A stretch of DNA of 64,000 bases from an uncultured delta proteobacterium (GCA_963783775.1 CAWAOR010000007.1:99913-163912), one strand, 5' to 3'. Numbered from the stretch's first letter, positions 19,894 to 29,824 are shown. Notes: a model not told the origin generated them from the letters alone. Numbers and translations are program-made.

Positions 19894-21505
19894 ATGGCCA
19901 GGCTGATCGTCCAAAGAGCCGCAGGCAACCGTGAGTTTGAACTGAAGGACCGTACCTTCGTTGGGCGCCATCCCAATAATTCCATTCATGTTGCCGACCG
20001 TCTCGTTTCCAAAGAACATTGTCTGATCTTTCTTGACCAGAACGGCAACTTCGTCATTCGGGACCTGGGCAGTCAGAACGGGACCTTTGTCAACAACCAA
20101 CGGCTCGGCACGTGATTGTATCCTCCGGGACGGAGATCGTATCACCCTCGGCACCACTCGCTGCATCTTCTCCGCCGGGACGATGCAGAAGCGCAAAGCC
20201 TGGCAATGGAGGCGGATGGCACGGTAGTCCATCCTCAGCCAGACCGCATCGAAGATACCCGAAGATCGCTTTCTCCCTGAAAGAGAAATCTGGGACGAAA
20301 AGGTCCTCCGGGCCGACTATGAGAAACTGCGGGTGGCTCATGAGCTCTACCGGGATATTGGTGTCGCCCTGCACATCGAGCGAATTTTCCAGCGGATCAT
20401 CGAACGCACCTTTGAGCTGCTCAACTGCGATCGCGCCGTCATCCTGACGCCGGATGACGACGGTGCCATGGTCATCCGGGCTTCAAAGACCCGAAACAAG
20501 ACCGACAGGCTCATCGTCTCCTCCACGATCTTGAAACACGTGCAGGACGAAAAGGTCGGCGATCATCAGCTCGGATGCTTTGACCGACGAGCGCTTTGCC
20601 GGGGCAGAATCGGTGGTTCTGCAGAATATTCGATCTTCCATGACAGTGCCGATCCTGTCATGAAGAACAGACTGCTCGGGATCATGATGATCGACTCCGC
20701 AGCAGCCGTCAAAGCCTACACTGAAAAAGACCTGCTGCTCTTTGGCAACATCGCCAATCAGACCGCCCAGTTCATCAAAATCGCTGAAATGGCCCGGCAG
20801 ATCGAGACCGACGCAAGAACCCGGGAACGCTTCCAACGCCTGCTTTCGCCAACCTTGGCCGAGATGGTGGTTTCGGGGAAGCTCAAAGTGGAAAAGGGGG
20901 GAAAGAACCGCATTGCTACGGTTCTGTTTGCCGACATTCGCGGCTTCACAGCCATTTGTGAACACATGCCGGCGGCTGAAGTTCTTCAGATGCTCAATGA
21001 ATACTTTGAGCTGACGGTCGAAGCTGCGTTCCGTTACGAAGGAACGGTCGACAAGTTTGTCGGTGACCAGATCATGGTGGTTTGGGGAGCACCGGTCATC
21101 CATCCGGATGATCCCATCCGCGCCGTTCGCGCCGCCATCGAGATGCAGAAGGCCGTGAACCGCTATAGCGCCGCCCAGAGAAAGAAGGGACAAGCTGAGA
21201 TCAGGATCGGCATCGGTATCAACACGGGTGAACTGGTGGCCGGCTACATCGGTTCCACCCAAACCATGAGCTACTCGGTCATCGGGGATGAGGTCAACAC
21301 TGCGTCACGGCTCTGTGCTGCGGCCGGCGCGGGGGAGATCCTCCTTGCCGAGAACACCTTCCTGCAGCTGCAAGAGCGCTTCGAAGCGATCAAACTGGCG
21401 CCCGTGCAGGTGAAGGGCAAATCGAAGCCCGTCGCGATCTACCGGCTCCTTGGCGAAAAGAGCGCGCTTTCACGCTCCGGAAGGTCCGTCCAGGCCGCGA
21501 CTTGA
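19894..21505 (+). pseudogene. FHA - GAF - class III adenylate/guanylate cyclase fusion, about 7 frame breaks as assembled
   Basis: ATG 19894 (RBS aaggga) gives the FHA domain: FELKDRTFVGRHPNNSIHVADRLVSKEHCLIFLDQNGNFVIRDLGSQNGTFVNNQRLG | RDCILRDGDRITLG (break near 20104-20112). The linker has further breaks near 20170-20260. The GAF domain has three breaks at about 20561, 20658 and 20671. The cyclase domain is intact (IATVLFADIRGFT, KFVGDQIMVVWGAP, IGINTGELVAGYIGS, YSVIGDEVNTASRL). 1612 nt minus 7 = 1605 nt. Confidence 0.8.
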
Positions 21506-21575
21506 GCTCTGCCGACAAACCTCATCGCCGCACGGATTGGCTGCTACTCCCACGGACCAGCGAATTGCGGGAATT

Positions 21576-23123
21576 ATGACCATGGCGATCAACCTCCAGG
21601 AAACGACTTCCCAGAAAACCCATGTGATCCACCCCCCGTGCGTTCTGGGGCGAGGCGAGAGAGCCGACCTGGCGTTTCCGGACCCCACCATCTCGCAACG
21701 GCATGCCTTGATTCTCAACATCGAAGGTCAGCCCTGGATTCAGGACCTGGAAAGCGCCAACGGCGTCTACGTCAATGACCGCAGGATCGTAGGGAAAGCA
21801 CCCATCAAGGTGGGCGATTCCATCCAACTGGGGCAGACCAGGTTTCACGTGGTGCCCACGGGCGAGGAGTTCTTGGAACAAACCATCGTGATGCACTCCC
21901 TCGATCCTTCCCTCGCTGGGAACCTTGAACACCGAAAGCTCAAGCTGATCTTTGAAATGTCCACCGAACTTGCGGAACATCAGGATCTGGCAACCCTGGA
22001 GCAAAACCTGGTGCCCAGATTTAAGGAGCTGTTCAAACAGGATCGGGGATTCATCGCCCTCTTTGACGAGGAGGGCGCTTTGAAACCATTGTTCGCGGGC
22101 AGTGAGCTCGATGCCATGCCACTGAGCCGCAGCATCATCAAACGGGTATTCCAGAGCGGGGAGTCTTTCGTTCTGGAGGACGCCCTGAGTGAGGCCGCTC
22201 TGAAAGAACAGGAAAGTGTTCTCGGGTTGCGCATACGGTCGGCAATGTGTGTACCGCTGCTTTATCGCAACCAGATCTATGGCCTCATCTATCTCGATCG
22301 CAATATTCCGGGCGCCTACCGGGGGGATGATCTGGAGTTCCTGCGAACCATTGCTTCCATCCTCGCCCCTCTCATTGAAAATGCCCGACTCCTCTCCGAA
22401 CTCAAGGAGCTCAACGCCCGCACCGCCAAAAGCCTGAAAGAAACCCAGTCCCGCTTGATCGCCATGGAACGGACCGCTGCCTACGTGCGGCTGGCTCAGG
22501 CTATGGCTCATGAAATCAGAAACCCACTCATGGCCATTGGAGGGCTGGTAAGGAGGATGGCTCGGCCGGAGCCGCCAACGGCCGAAGGAGCAAAGCTTCA
22601 GGCTGTCATGAGTTCTGTTGAAAGAATCGAGTCGGTATTGAGAGAGGTGGACGAGTTTGTCAGACTGCCTCCCCCCGACCGGAAACTGGCGCGAATCGAC
22701 CAGGTCATCCAGGAGGAAATAGACGCGCACGAACCCTTTTGGCAGCAGCGGGACATTCACCCCTTGCTATGGGTAAAGGCGGCACATCTGATGGTCCCCG
22801 TGGACGCCGAGCTTTTCAGACGGGCTGTCTCATTGATCATCAGAGAAATTCTTCCCAGCCTTTCCCGGGGATCGGAGTTGAGGATCACGGTGGCAGATGC
22901 CGCCAATGAAGTGAGACTCCACTTTGGAAACCCGGTCGAAGACAGCCGCCTCGGTGACCTTGCCGATCCCGAGCTGGAAAGAAAGCCCTGGAGCCTCGGG
23001 CTGTTCCTGAACCTGGCCAACAAGATCATCTCGGACCACGGTGGGCGCCTTCTGGTGGACGTCCACGGGCCTTCACCATTACCTCTTGAGGTCAGAGTGC
23101 CCTGGACCCTGAGGAATCGCTAA
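21576..23123 (+). CDS. FHA - GAF - histidine-kinase-like sensor (HisKA present, ATP-binding domain degenerate)
   Basis: Start ATG 21576 or 21582 (MTMAINL). FHA: CVLGRGERADLAFPDPTISQRHALILNIEGQPWIQDLESANGVYVNDRRI. GAF: central part. H-box: AHEIRNPLMAI. The C-terminal domain lacks a clear N-box Asn and DxGxG. Confidence 0.8.
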   Translation: MTMAINLQETTSQKTHVIHPPCVLGRGERADLAFPDPTISQRHALILNIEGQPWIQDLESANGVYVNDRRIVGKAPIKVGDSIQLGQTRFHVVPTGEEFLEQTIVMHSLDPSLAGNLEHRKLKLIFEMSTELAEHQDLATLEQNLVPRFKELFKQDRGFIALFDEEGALKPLFAGSELDAMPLSRSIIKRVFQSGESFVLEDALSEAALKEQESVLGLRIRSAMCVPLLYRNQIYGLIYLDRNIPGAYRGDDLEFLRTIASILAPLIENARLLSELKELNARTAKSLKETQSRLIAMERTAAYVRLAQAMAHEIRNPLMAIGGLVRRMARPEPPTAEGAKLQAVMSSVERIESVLREVDEFVRLPPPDRKLARIDQVIQEEIDAHEPFWQQRDIHPLLWVKAAHLMVPVDAELFRRAVSLIIREILPSLSRGSELRITVADAANEVRLHFGNPVEDSRLGDLADPELERKPWSLGLFLNLANKIISDHGGRLLVDVHGPSPLPLEVRVPWTLRNR

Positions 23124-23175
23124 AGGCAAGGGGGTGTCGCGAAGCAGTCGCAGTAACGCTCGTATTTCCGGGTGA

Positions 23176-24099
23176 TTAGCGAAAGAATCTCCTGAGGCCG
23201 GTTTTTTCCTCCTGACTGAGTTTTTCCAGACCAGCCTCAGGTTGCGGTTGTTGCCGGCTGTCTTTGGGCGAGTCTGGGAGGACTTCGGGAGCTCCCTCCT
23301 CCGCCTCGGCAAAGCGGCCTTCACCCAGAAAGCGAAAGACCGGCCCCTTGGAGCTCAGGCTTACGAGATCGTTGGCGGCAAGCGGGGTTTGGAGAGTCAC
23401 AGGACGCCCGTTGACAAGGACCATGCCCTTCCCGGTCAGGTCTTTTATCCAGTATTGGTCGAGGCTGTAAAAGATTTGTGCATGCATGTCCAGGAGTTCC
23501 GGATGGGCAATGGTCACCTGGCAGTTGGGATGTTTGCCGATGGTAATGGGAAGCTGTTTGAAGGACCGGAGGGTCGGACCGTACTGGAAGACCGCCGGCA
23601 CATTGACCACCTGAATGGAGACTGGAGTACGGTCTTCGCTAACAGGTTGCTGTGGGGGAGCGGGAGATACCGATCGAGGCGCGTGCGGGGGTGATTCTTC
23701 CCGCGGAAACGGCAGCGAAGGGGATGGCGGGGGCTGACCGGGTCCGCTTTCGGTCTGTTCTTCCTTCATCTGGGTCAAAAAACTGACCTTGGGACCGCCT
23801 TCGGCAAAGGTCAGAACATCGCCGTCTTTGAGGTAGGTTTCTTTGACTTTCTTGCCATTGACGAAGGTACCGTTGGCGCTCAGGTCGAGCAGTTTGAAAC
23901 GGTTGCCCTCGCGGATGATCTCAGCATGTTTACGGGATACAATGCCCAGGTCCGGAGGAAAACACAAAAGGGAAGACGGATGCCGGCCAACGGTTATGGT
24001 TCCCTCGGTAAACTCCTGAATATTGCCCTTGAAGGGACCATGAAGGTGGACAAATTGCACAACAATCAACGGCGGACCTTTCATCTTCCCAACCCCCAT
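23176..24099 (-). CDS. Double-FHA-domain protein (Fha/TagH-like T6SS phospho-threonine scaffold candidate)
   Basis: 307-aa ORF. FHA 1: ITVGRHPSSLLCFPPDLGIVSRKHAEIIREGNRFKLLDLSANGTFVNGKKV. Pro-rich linker. FHA 2: ITIGKHPNCQVTIAHPELLDMHAQIFYSLDQYWIKDLTGKGMVLVNGRPV. Alternative start at 24084. Confidence 0.85.
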   Translation of the reverse strand: MGVGKMKGPPLIVVQFVHLHGPFKGNIQEFTEGTITVGRHPSSLLCFPPDLGIVSRKHAEIIREGNRFKLLDLSANGTFVNGKKVKETYLKDGDVLTFAEGGPKVSFLTQMKEEQTESGPGQPPPSPSLPFPREESPPHAPRSVSPAPPQQPVSEDRTPVSIQVVNVPAVFQYGPTLRSFKQLPITIGKHPNCQVTIAHPELLDMHAQIFYSLDQYWIKDLTGKGMVLVNGRPVTLQTPLAANDLVSLSSKGPVFRFLGEGRFAEAEEGAPEVLPDSPKDSRQQPQPEAGLEKLSQEEKTGLRRFFR

Positions 24100-24353
24100 G
24101 ACCTCTCAGTCGACATGAACTCTCACGCGTTTCCTGGGTACGGATCGACGTTTATGATTTAACCTTTCGCGGCATCAATTTGCCTGACGAAGATGTTGCA
24201 TTTAGGTGATGAACGCATCTATTATAGCCTGACCCGAAGCGCTGATACAATTGAAATAGAGCCACTTCTCGGCTGAACCTTCGTCCCTCTTTCGAACTAC
24301 GCCTGGCCTGTGGTTTCCAACGGGCCTCGGTCTGGCGTTTCCTGGATGCGCGA

Positions 24354-25085
24354 ATGGACCATATCATTTCCACTGGAAAATCTGACCCCGGTTTGAAACG
24401 GCCGAACAACGAGGATGCGTTCCTGGTGAATGTCACTCGCGGACTCCACGTGCTGGCCGACGGCATGGGCGGAGCGGCCGCTGGTGAGCTGGCCAGCGGG
24501 ATCTTCATCGAAACTGCGCGGGAGCTTTCTTCCGGGCCGGCGGCACAGGCGGGGGAAGAGTGTAGGCAATGGCTTCAGCGGGTTTTCGAACTGGCCAATG
24601 CGAGGATTCTCGACCACGTCGGCGCCCACCCGGAACACCGGGGGATGGGTTGCACCGCGGAGCTCTTGATTCTAAACAACAACAAGTTCGCTCTCGGGCA
24701 TATCGGTGACAGCCGCACCTATCTCTACCGCAAAGGGCAATTGAAGCAACTGACCAAAGATCACTCACTGGTCCAGGAACAGCTGGACCAGGGCCTCATC
24801 ACCTCTCAGGAAGCCCGCAACCATCGCCTGCGCCATGTAATTCTCCGAGCCGTGGGCACGACCGATGCCCTGGCCGTGGATTTCCTGAAAGGGAATGTCT
24901 TTGCGGGTGACCTCTTCCTGCTCTGTTCGGATGGGCTTACGGACATGGTCGAGGACCCCGTCATCACCCGGATTCTTGCTGCGCCCATCGACCTTGGAGG
25001 CAAAGCGGAACGGTTGATCGAAGCGGCCAAGGCTGCAGGGGGGAACGATAACATTACGGTCATCTTGAGCGAAGTCGCCACCTGA
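24354..25085 (+). CDS. PP2C-family Ser/Thr protein phosphatase (Stp/PppA-like)
   Basis: 243-aa ORF. Motifs RPNNEDAF, LADGMGG, CSDGLTDMV, GGNDNITVIL. Confidence 0.9.
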   Translation: MDHIISTGKSDPGLKRPNNEDAFLVNVTRGLHVLADGMGGAAAGELASGIFIETARELSSGPAAQAGEECRQWLQRVFELANARILDHVGAHPEHRGMGCTAELLILNNNKFALGHIGDSRTYLYRKGQLKQLTKDHSLVQEQLDQGLITSQEARNHRLRHVILRAVGTTDALAVDFLKGNVFAGDLFLLCSDGLTDMVEDPVITRILAAPIDLGGKAERLIEAAKAAGGNDNITVILSEVAT

Positions 25086-26020
25086 TGACGAAGGTCAAAG
25101 CGTTTTGGAGCCTCCTCTGGATCCTGGCAACCGTTACCGCTACGGTTGCCGCAGGCAGTGAGGGAAGTACCCGGTTCTTCCCGTTTCCGGTGGTCGAAGT
25201 AGAACGAGTAATCGATCGCTGGTTCACGAACTCAGGCTACCGGACGCAGCGCTATGAGCTGGCTTCCGGAGAGGTATCCGTGAGCGCGCGGAAGGACAAT
25301 GAGGACTGGCAACTTGTGCTGAAGCCTTCCTCGCCTCTCTTTACGGAGGTTTTGGCGCGGTGTACGATAAATGGGTCCCCTGATGCGGCCAGGGGAGCAG
25401 CGCTGTGGTCCGTCCTCGAGCGCTACACAAAAGGCGCCGGTACGGATGCAGCGGCAACGGATGCTCAGGTGCCAAAGGCCGTATGGCAACAGCATGAAGC
25501 GGTGATCTGTATGGAAAACAGCCCTGGCTCCGAACCCATTCAGCTTACCGGATTCGTTTGTGACGAATCGGGGCTGGCCCTGTCCACAGCGCACGATTTA
25601 AAAGAGCATGCAACGCTGACGGTCATTGCCGGCAACGGTCAGCGCTACACCGGGCGCACCCTGAAGGTCGACTATCTGCGCGACCTGGCCGTCATCCAGA
25701 CCAATTTCCGCCCTCCTGTGACCATCTCCCTGGCCAAAGCCCGCCTCAGCCTCAGGCGGGGAGAAGAGATTTTTGCCGTTGGCTGCCCGCAGCGATCCTC
25801 CGGAGCTGTTTACGTCGGCGTGGTCGACAGCCCGCCGAGACTTGCCAATGCCATGCCCCTCTGGCAGGTGAGCCTGAAGGTGCTGCCGGGGAGCAGCGGC
25901 AGTCCCGTCTTTGATGGCGAGGGGAACCTCGTGGGAGTCATCAAGGGCCGCTATCGCGGCACGGATTCGGTGGGTTTTTTCATCCCGGTTTCGACGTTGA
26001 AGGAATTCCTGGGGAGATAG
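25085..26020 (+). CDS. Secreted trypsin-like (S1C/DegP-like) serine protease
   Basis: 311-aa ORF whose start overlaps the PP2C stop (TGATG). Signal-like N-terminus. Catalytic triad context: STAHDL, RDLAVIQ, LPGSSGSPVFDGEGNLVGVIKG. Confidence 0.8.
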   Translation: MTKVKAFWSLLWILATVTATVAAGSEGSTRFFPFPVVEVERVIDRWFTNSGYRTQRYELASGEVSVSARKDNEDWQLVLKPSSPLFTEVLARCTINGSPDAARGAALWSVLERYTKGAGTDAAATDAQVPKAVWQQHEAVICMENSPGSEPIQLTGFVCDESGLALSTAHDLKEHATLTVIAGNGQRYTGRTLKVDYLRDLAVIQTNFRPPVTISLAKARLSLRRGEEIFAVGCPQRSSGAVYVGVVDSPPRLANAMPLWQVSLKVLPGSSGSPVFDGEGNLVGVIKGRYRGTDSVGFFIPVSTLKEFLGR

Positions 26021-26028
26021 AAGGGTTC

Positions 26029-27319
26029 ATGAATTACGGACGTTACCGCATTCGTGAAGGAGCTCGGCAAGGGATCGATGGGGGTGGTCTATCAGGCCCA
26101 TGACCCCCAGATCGATCGCCTTGTCGCCCTGAAAGTGATGCGGCCGGACCGGGTCGCCTCGGAAGCCTTCCTCCATCGCTTCATGAAAGAGGCCAAAGCT
26201 ATCGGACGGCTGTCCCATCCCAACATGGTCGTGGTCTACGATGTCGGTGAGGACCAGGGAACCGTCTACATCGCCATGGAATTCCTCGAAGGAAAGCCCT
26301 TAAACGAAATCATCGCCATCGATGCCCTCCAACCGGACGAGATCGTCGATCTCGGCGTGCAGGTCGCGGAAGCCCTCGACTACGCCCACCGGAAGGGCAT
26401 TGTGCACCGGGATATCAAACCCAGCAACATCATTGTGCAGCCGGACGGCCAGATCAAGATCACCGACTTCGGGATCGCTCATATCGAAGATCCGGAGGCG
26501 ACCCAACAGACCCAGGCCGGAGAAATCCTGGGGACGCCCGCATACATGTCGCCCGAACAGGTCCTCAGCCAACCGGTCGACGGCCGATCGGACCTCTTTT
26601 CCCTCGGCGTCATTCTCTATGAACTGGCAACCGGGAAGCGCCCTTTCCGGGGCGAGAATCTGGCGGCCATGTTTCGCAACATCACCGGAGAAGATCCACT
26701 CGCGCCGAGCAAGGAAAATCCTGCGCTAGCCCAGGACCTTTCCCAGATTATCCTCCGGTGTCTGGCCAAGGGTCCGGAAAAGCGTTTTGCCACCGGCAAA
26801 GAGTTGGCGGAAGCCCTGCGCCGCACTGGCAGCCACGCATCACCTTCCCCCATCAAGACTCCGAAGACCCCCAGGAAACCAGCCCTGCGGGCACCGGTGG
26901 TGGTGCTGGCGCTGCTCCTGCTGGCTGGAGCGGGGGGTCTCATCGCCTACCTTTCAAGCCAGAAGAACGGTCCCACAACAATAGTCGGCTCCACGGACTC
27001 GAAGCCTGGGGTCCAGCCGGGCGGCGCCGGCTCCTCTGCACTCTCCACCTCATCCTCCGGCATCGAAGCCCCAAAGCTCCCGCCCACCCCCAAGCTGGGA
27101 GCACTCAAGATCGACAGCACTCCCGCCGGGGCGCAGGTGCTGGTGGATGGCGAAGCCAGGGGGGTGACCCCGGTGAATCTCCAAATGCCCCCGGGTGCCC
27201 ATGAAGTGCGCCTGGTATTGGCGGATTATGGCGATTGGGAGGCGCAGGTCAAAGTCCAGGAAGACAAGACAACGCATATCCCGGTGGAGTTGATGCCATT
27301 ACCCGGGAAAACGCAGTGA
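26029..27319 (+). pseudogene. Hanks-type Ser/Thr protein kinase with TM segment and C-terminal PEGA domain; one frame break 25 nt after the start
   Basis: ATG 26029 gives MNYGRYRI, then one extra base at about 26053, then KELGKGSMGVVYQAHD (G-loop), ALKVM, HRDIKPSNI, ITDFGIA, GTPAYMSPEQ. TM: VVVLALLLLAGAGGLIAY. PEGA: LKIDSTPAGAQVLVDGEARGVTPV. 1291 nt minus 1 = 1290 nt. Confidence 0.9.
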
Positions 27320-27350
27320 ATCCGGTCGGCAAGAATTCAAGGAGGACCCC

Positions 27351-29321
27351 ATGAAGATGGCCCATCGATCTTTGTTTTTGGCAGCCATGCTGGCGCTGGT
27401 GATCCTGGCCGGCGCCACCCCATGCCAGGGCAAACTGGCCTCGGGCCAGAGCGCTCCGGCCTTCTCGGCCGCAGATCTCCAGGGGAAGCCTCACGACCTG
27501 TCTCAGTTGCAGGGTCGGCCCATGGTGATCCTCTATTTTTTCGACGTTGATTCGAAGCCAAGCCAGGAGGGGCTGCTCAGCCTCAGTCAGATGGCCAGGC
27601 AATTCACGGGAGCGGACTTGACGGTCTGGGCCATTACCCTTTCGCCCAAAGAAAAGGTCGCCGGTTTCGCCTCCGGGAATAATCTCACCTTCCCCGTCCT
27701 GCTCGATAAGTCCGGCGCCAGCGACCTTTACGACGCGCAGACCATTTTGCCGACCGTTTGCATCCTCGGCCCCGGCCTCAAGGTCCTCGATCACCTCCAG
27801 GGGGGAGGCAAGACCTCCCAGCTGATGCTGGTCAAACTGGCCGAACGGGAGTTGCAGCGCAAACAGACCCAGGTGGCCATTGCGCTGAGCGACCAGGTGG
27901 TGAAGAAGGACCCGCAAAACCTTGAAGCCAAAGCCGTGAAGGGCCATGCCGCCCTCAAGGAAGGCAAGCTCAATGACGCCGGCCAGGTCTTTCAGGAACT
28001 GGCGCAGAAGGGCGGCCAGGGCGAGGTGCTCGGAAAGGAAGGACTGGCGGCGGTCCACGCTAAAAAGGGCGAAACGGACAAAGCTCTCAAGCTGGCAACG
28101 GAAGTCGAACAAAAAGCTCCCGACCGGTCTTACCCGAATGTCATCAAGGGCGATGTGCTTTACACTCAGAACAAGGTGACCGAAGCCCAGACCGAATATC
28201 AGAAAGCGACCACCAAGAAGCAGGCCGAACCCTATCTGAAACCGGTAGGGTACAATCAACTGGGGCGTCTCTACGCCAAGAAGGGGGATAATGAAGGGGC
28301 CCGCAAGCTCTACGACCAGGCCGTCGCCATCGACCCGTACTACATTGAAGGAACGACGAACAAGGGCCTGACCTACAGCAAGGAAGGCAAATGGGACAAG
28401 GCCATGGAGACCTATCGTCAGGCTCTGGGCGTCGAAAAAACGGACGTCTACGCCGTCGCCCTCGCCAGGCAGGCCCAGGAAATGCTGAATCTGCAGAAAG
28501 ACAAGCAAAAGTCGGAACGCATCGACCGTTTGGTGAAGGAGTTGGCGGAACGCTATCGCAGCCAGAAGAAAGGTGCCGCCAAGGATCAGGATGAATGGAC
28601 TTCCCGTCCCATGATTCTGGCCTTTGTGGATTTTCAGGAAAAGGGCGCCCTGACTGAGCGGGACGGCTTTGCCACGGTCCTCACTCTGCAACTCACCGAT
28701 TATCTCAACCAGTCCAAGCGGGTGCAGGTAGTGGAACGCGCCCTCCTGGACAAGCTCCTCGAGGAACTGAACCTTGGGTCTTCGGAACTCGCCGACCCCC
28801 AAACCGCCCTGCGCCTGGGGAAGGTGCTGGCCGCCAAGCTGATCGGGACGGGATCGCTCCTCAATCTCCCCGCCGGCACGTCGCTGACCATGCGCTTGAT
28901 TGATACGGAAACCACTGCCATCCCCATGGTCTTGAACCGTGACCTCGGAGCCCAAACGGGAGTGGAAAAGGACCTCTATCAGCTCAATCGGGAGATCCTG
29001 AAAACCGTGATCTCCAAATACCCGCTTCGCGGCTTCGTGGTGAAGCTTGTGGGTGATCGGGCGCTCCTCAATCTCGGCGCCAATCAGGGGGTGGTCACGG
29101 GGACTAAGTTCGAGGTGCTCGACGAAGCTCAGACCGTTGAATACAAAGGGAAGAAACTCCAGGGTTCGGCGCGACCCGTCGCTCAAATCGAGGTGGTCGA
29201 GGTGCAGCCGGATCTCAGCTACGCCAAGATCCTCACCAAAGAGCGAACGCTCAAGACCGATGATAAGATTCAGGAAAAACTGGAAACCCTTGCCATGGGA
29301 GAGGGAAATGTTGCTCCGTAA
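27351..29321 (+). CDS. Secreted multidomain protein: thioredoxin-fold (no CXXC) - TPR - CsgG-like domain - C-terminal beta domain
   Basis: Intact 656-aa ORF with a signal peptide (MKMAHRSLFLAAMLALVILAGA). TlpA/redoxin-like N-terminus in which the CXXC position reads DSKPS. TPR block: AVKGHAALKEGKLNDAGQVF... CsgG-like block: FVDFQEKGALTERDGFATVLTLQLTDYLNQSKRVQVVERALLDKLLEELNLGSSELADPQTALRLGKVLAAKLIGTGSL. Confidence 0.7.
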   Translation: MKMAHRSLFLAAMLALVILAGATPCQGKLASGQSAPAFSAADLQGKPHDLSQLQGRPMVILYFFDVDSKPSQEGLLSLSQMARQFTGADLTVWAITLSPKEKVAGFASGNNLTFPVLLDKSGASDLYDAQTILPTVCILGPGLKVLDHLQGGGKTSQLMLVKLAERELQRKQTQVAIALSDQVVKKDPQNLEAKAVKGHAALKEGKLNDAGQVFQELAQKGGQGEVLGKEGLAAVHAKKGETDKALKLATEVEQKAPDRSYPNVIKGDVLYTQNKVTEAQTEYQKATTKKQAEPYLKPVGYNQLGRLYAKKGDNEGARKLYDQAVAIDPYYIEGTTNKGLTYSKEGKWDKAMETYRQALGVEKTDVYAVALARQAQEMLNLQKDKQKSERIDRLVKELAERYRSQKKGAAKDQDEWTSRPMILAFVDFQEKGALTERDGFATVLTLQLTDYLNQSKRVQVVERALLDKLLEELNLGSSELADPQTALRLGKVLAAKLIGTGSLLNLPAGTSLTMRLIDTETTAIPMVLNRDLGAQTGVEKDLYQLNREILKTVISKYPLRGFVVKLVGDRALLNLGANQGVVTGTKFEVLDEAQTVEYKGKKLQGSARPVAQIEVVEVQPDLSYAKILTKERTLKTDDKIQEKLETLAMGEGNVAP

Positions 29322-29820
29322 GTTGATCCGAGGAACCTTCCTTGTTCTGTTGGCCATGCTTTATGGATGCGGTTCGGCGCCGGTGAGCGGAACCCCGGTC
29401 ACGGCAACGAAACCTTCCAGTGTGGCCGTGTGGGATTTTGACAACCTGAGCCCGCCGCAGAGGGCTCAGCCGGATCTGGGCGAACGCCTGGCCGGGGAAG
29501 TCACGGAAGCGATCACGCTCAAGGGCACCTATCAGGTGGTCGAAAGGCAGCGGTTGCTGCTGGTCCTCGAGGAACTCAACGTCGGCACCCAGAGCTTTGT
29601 GGATGAGGGCACCCGGCTGCGCCTGGGGAAAATGGTAGGAGCCGGAATGATGGTCTTTGGCGCCTATCAATCCTTCGGCGGCGACCAGACCCGGATCGAT
29701 GTGCGACTGGTGGAGGTGGAGACCGGGCGGACCCTAAAGAGTGTTGACAAAATGGTCCCTTCGGCAAATTACCAGGCTTGGTTCCAGACCGTACGGCAAG
29801 CTGCCGATGAACTGTTCTAA
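29308..29820 (+). CDS. CsgG-like lipoprotein (170 aa)
   Basis: The ATG at 29308 overlaps the previous gene by 14 nt. Lipobox LAMLYGC. VAVWDFDNLS...LAGEVTEAITLKGTYQVVERQRLLLVLEELNVGTQSFVDEGTRLRLGKMVGAGMMVFG matches the CsgG/LpoB-like fold pattern. Confidence 0.7.
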   Translation: MLLRKLIRGTFLVLLAMLYGCGSAPVSGTPVTATKPSSVAVWDFDNLSPPQRAQPDLGERLAGEVTEAITLKGTYQVVERQRLLLVLEELNVGTQSFVDEGTRLRLGKMVGAGMMVFGAYQSFGGDQTRIDVRLVEVETGRTLKSVDKMVPSANYQAWFQTVRQAADELF

Positions 29821-29824
29821 AAGA

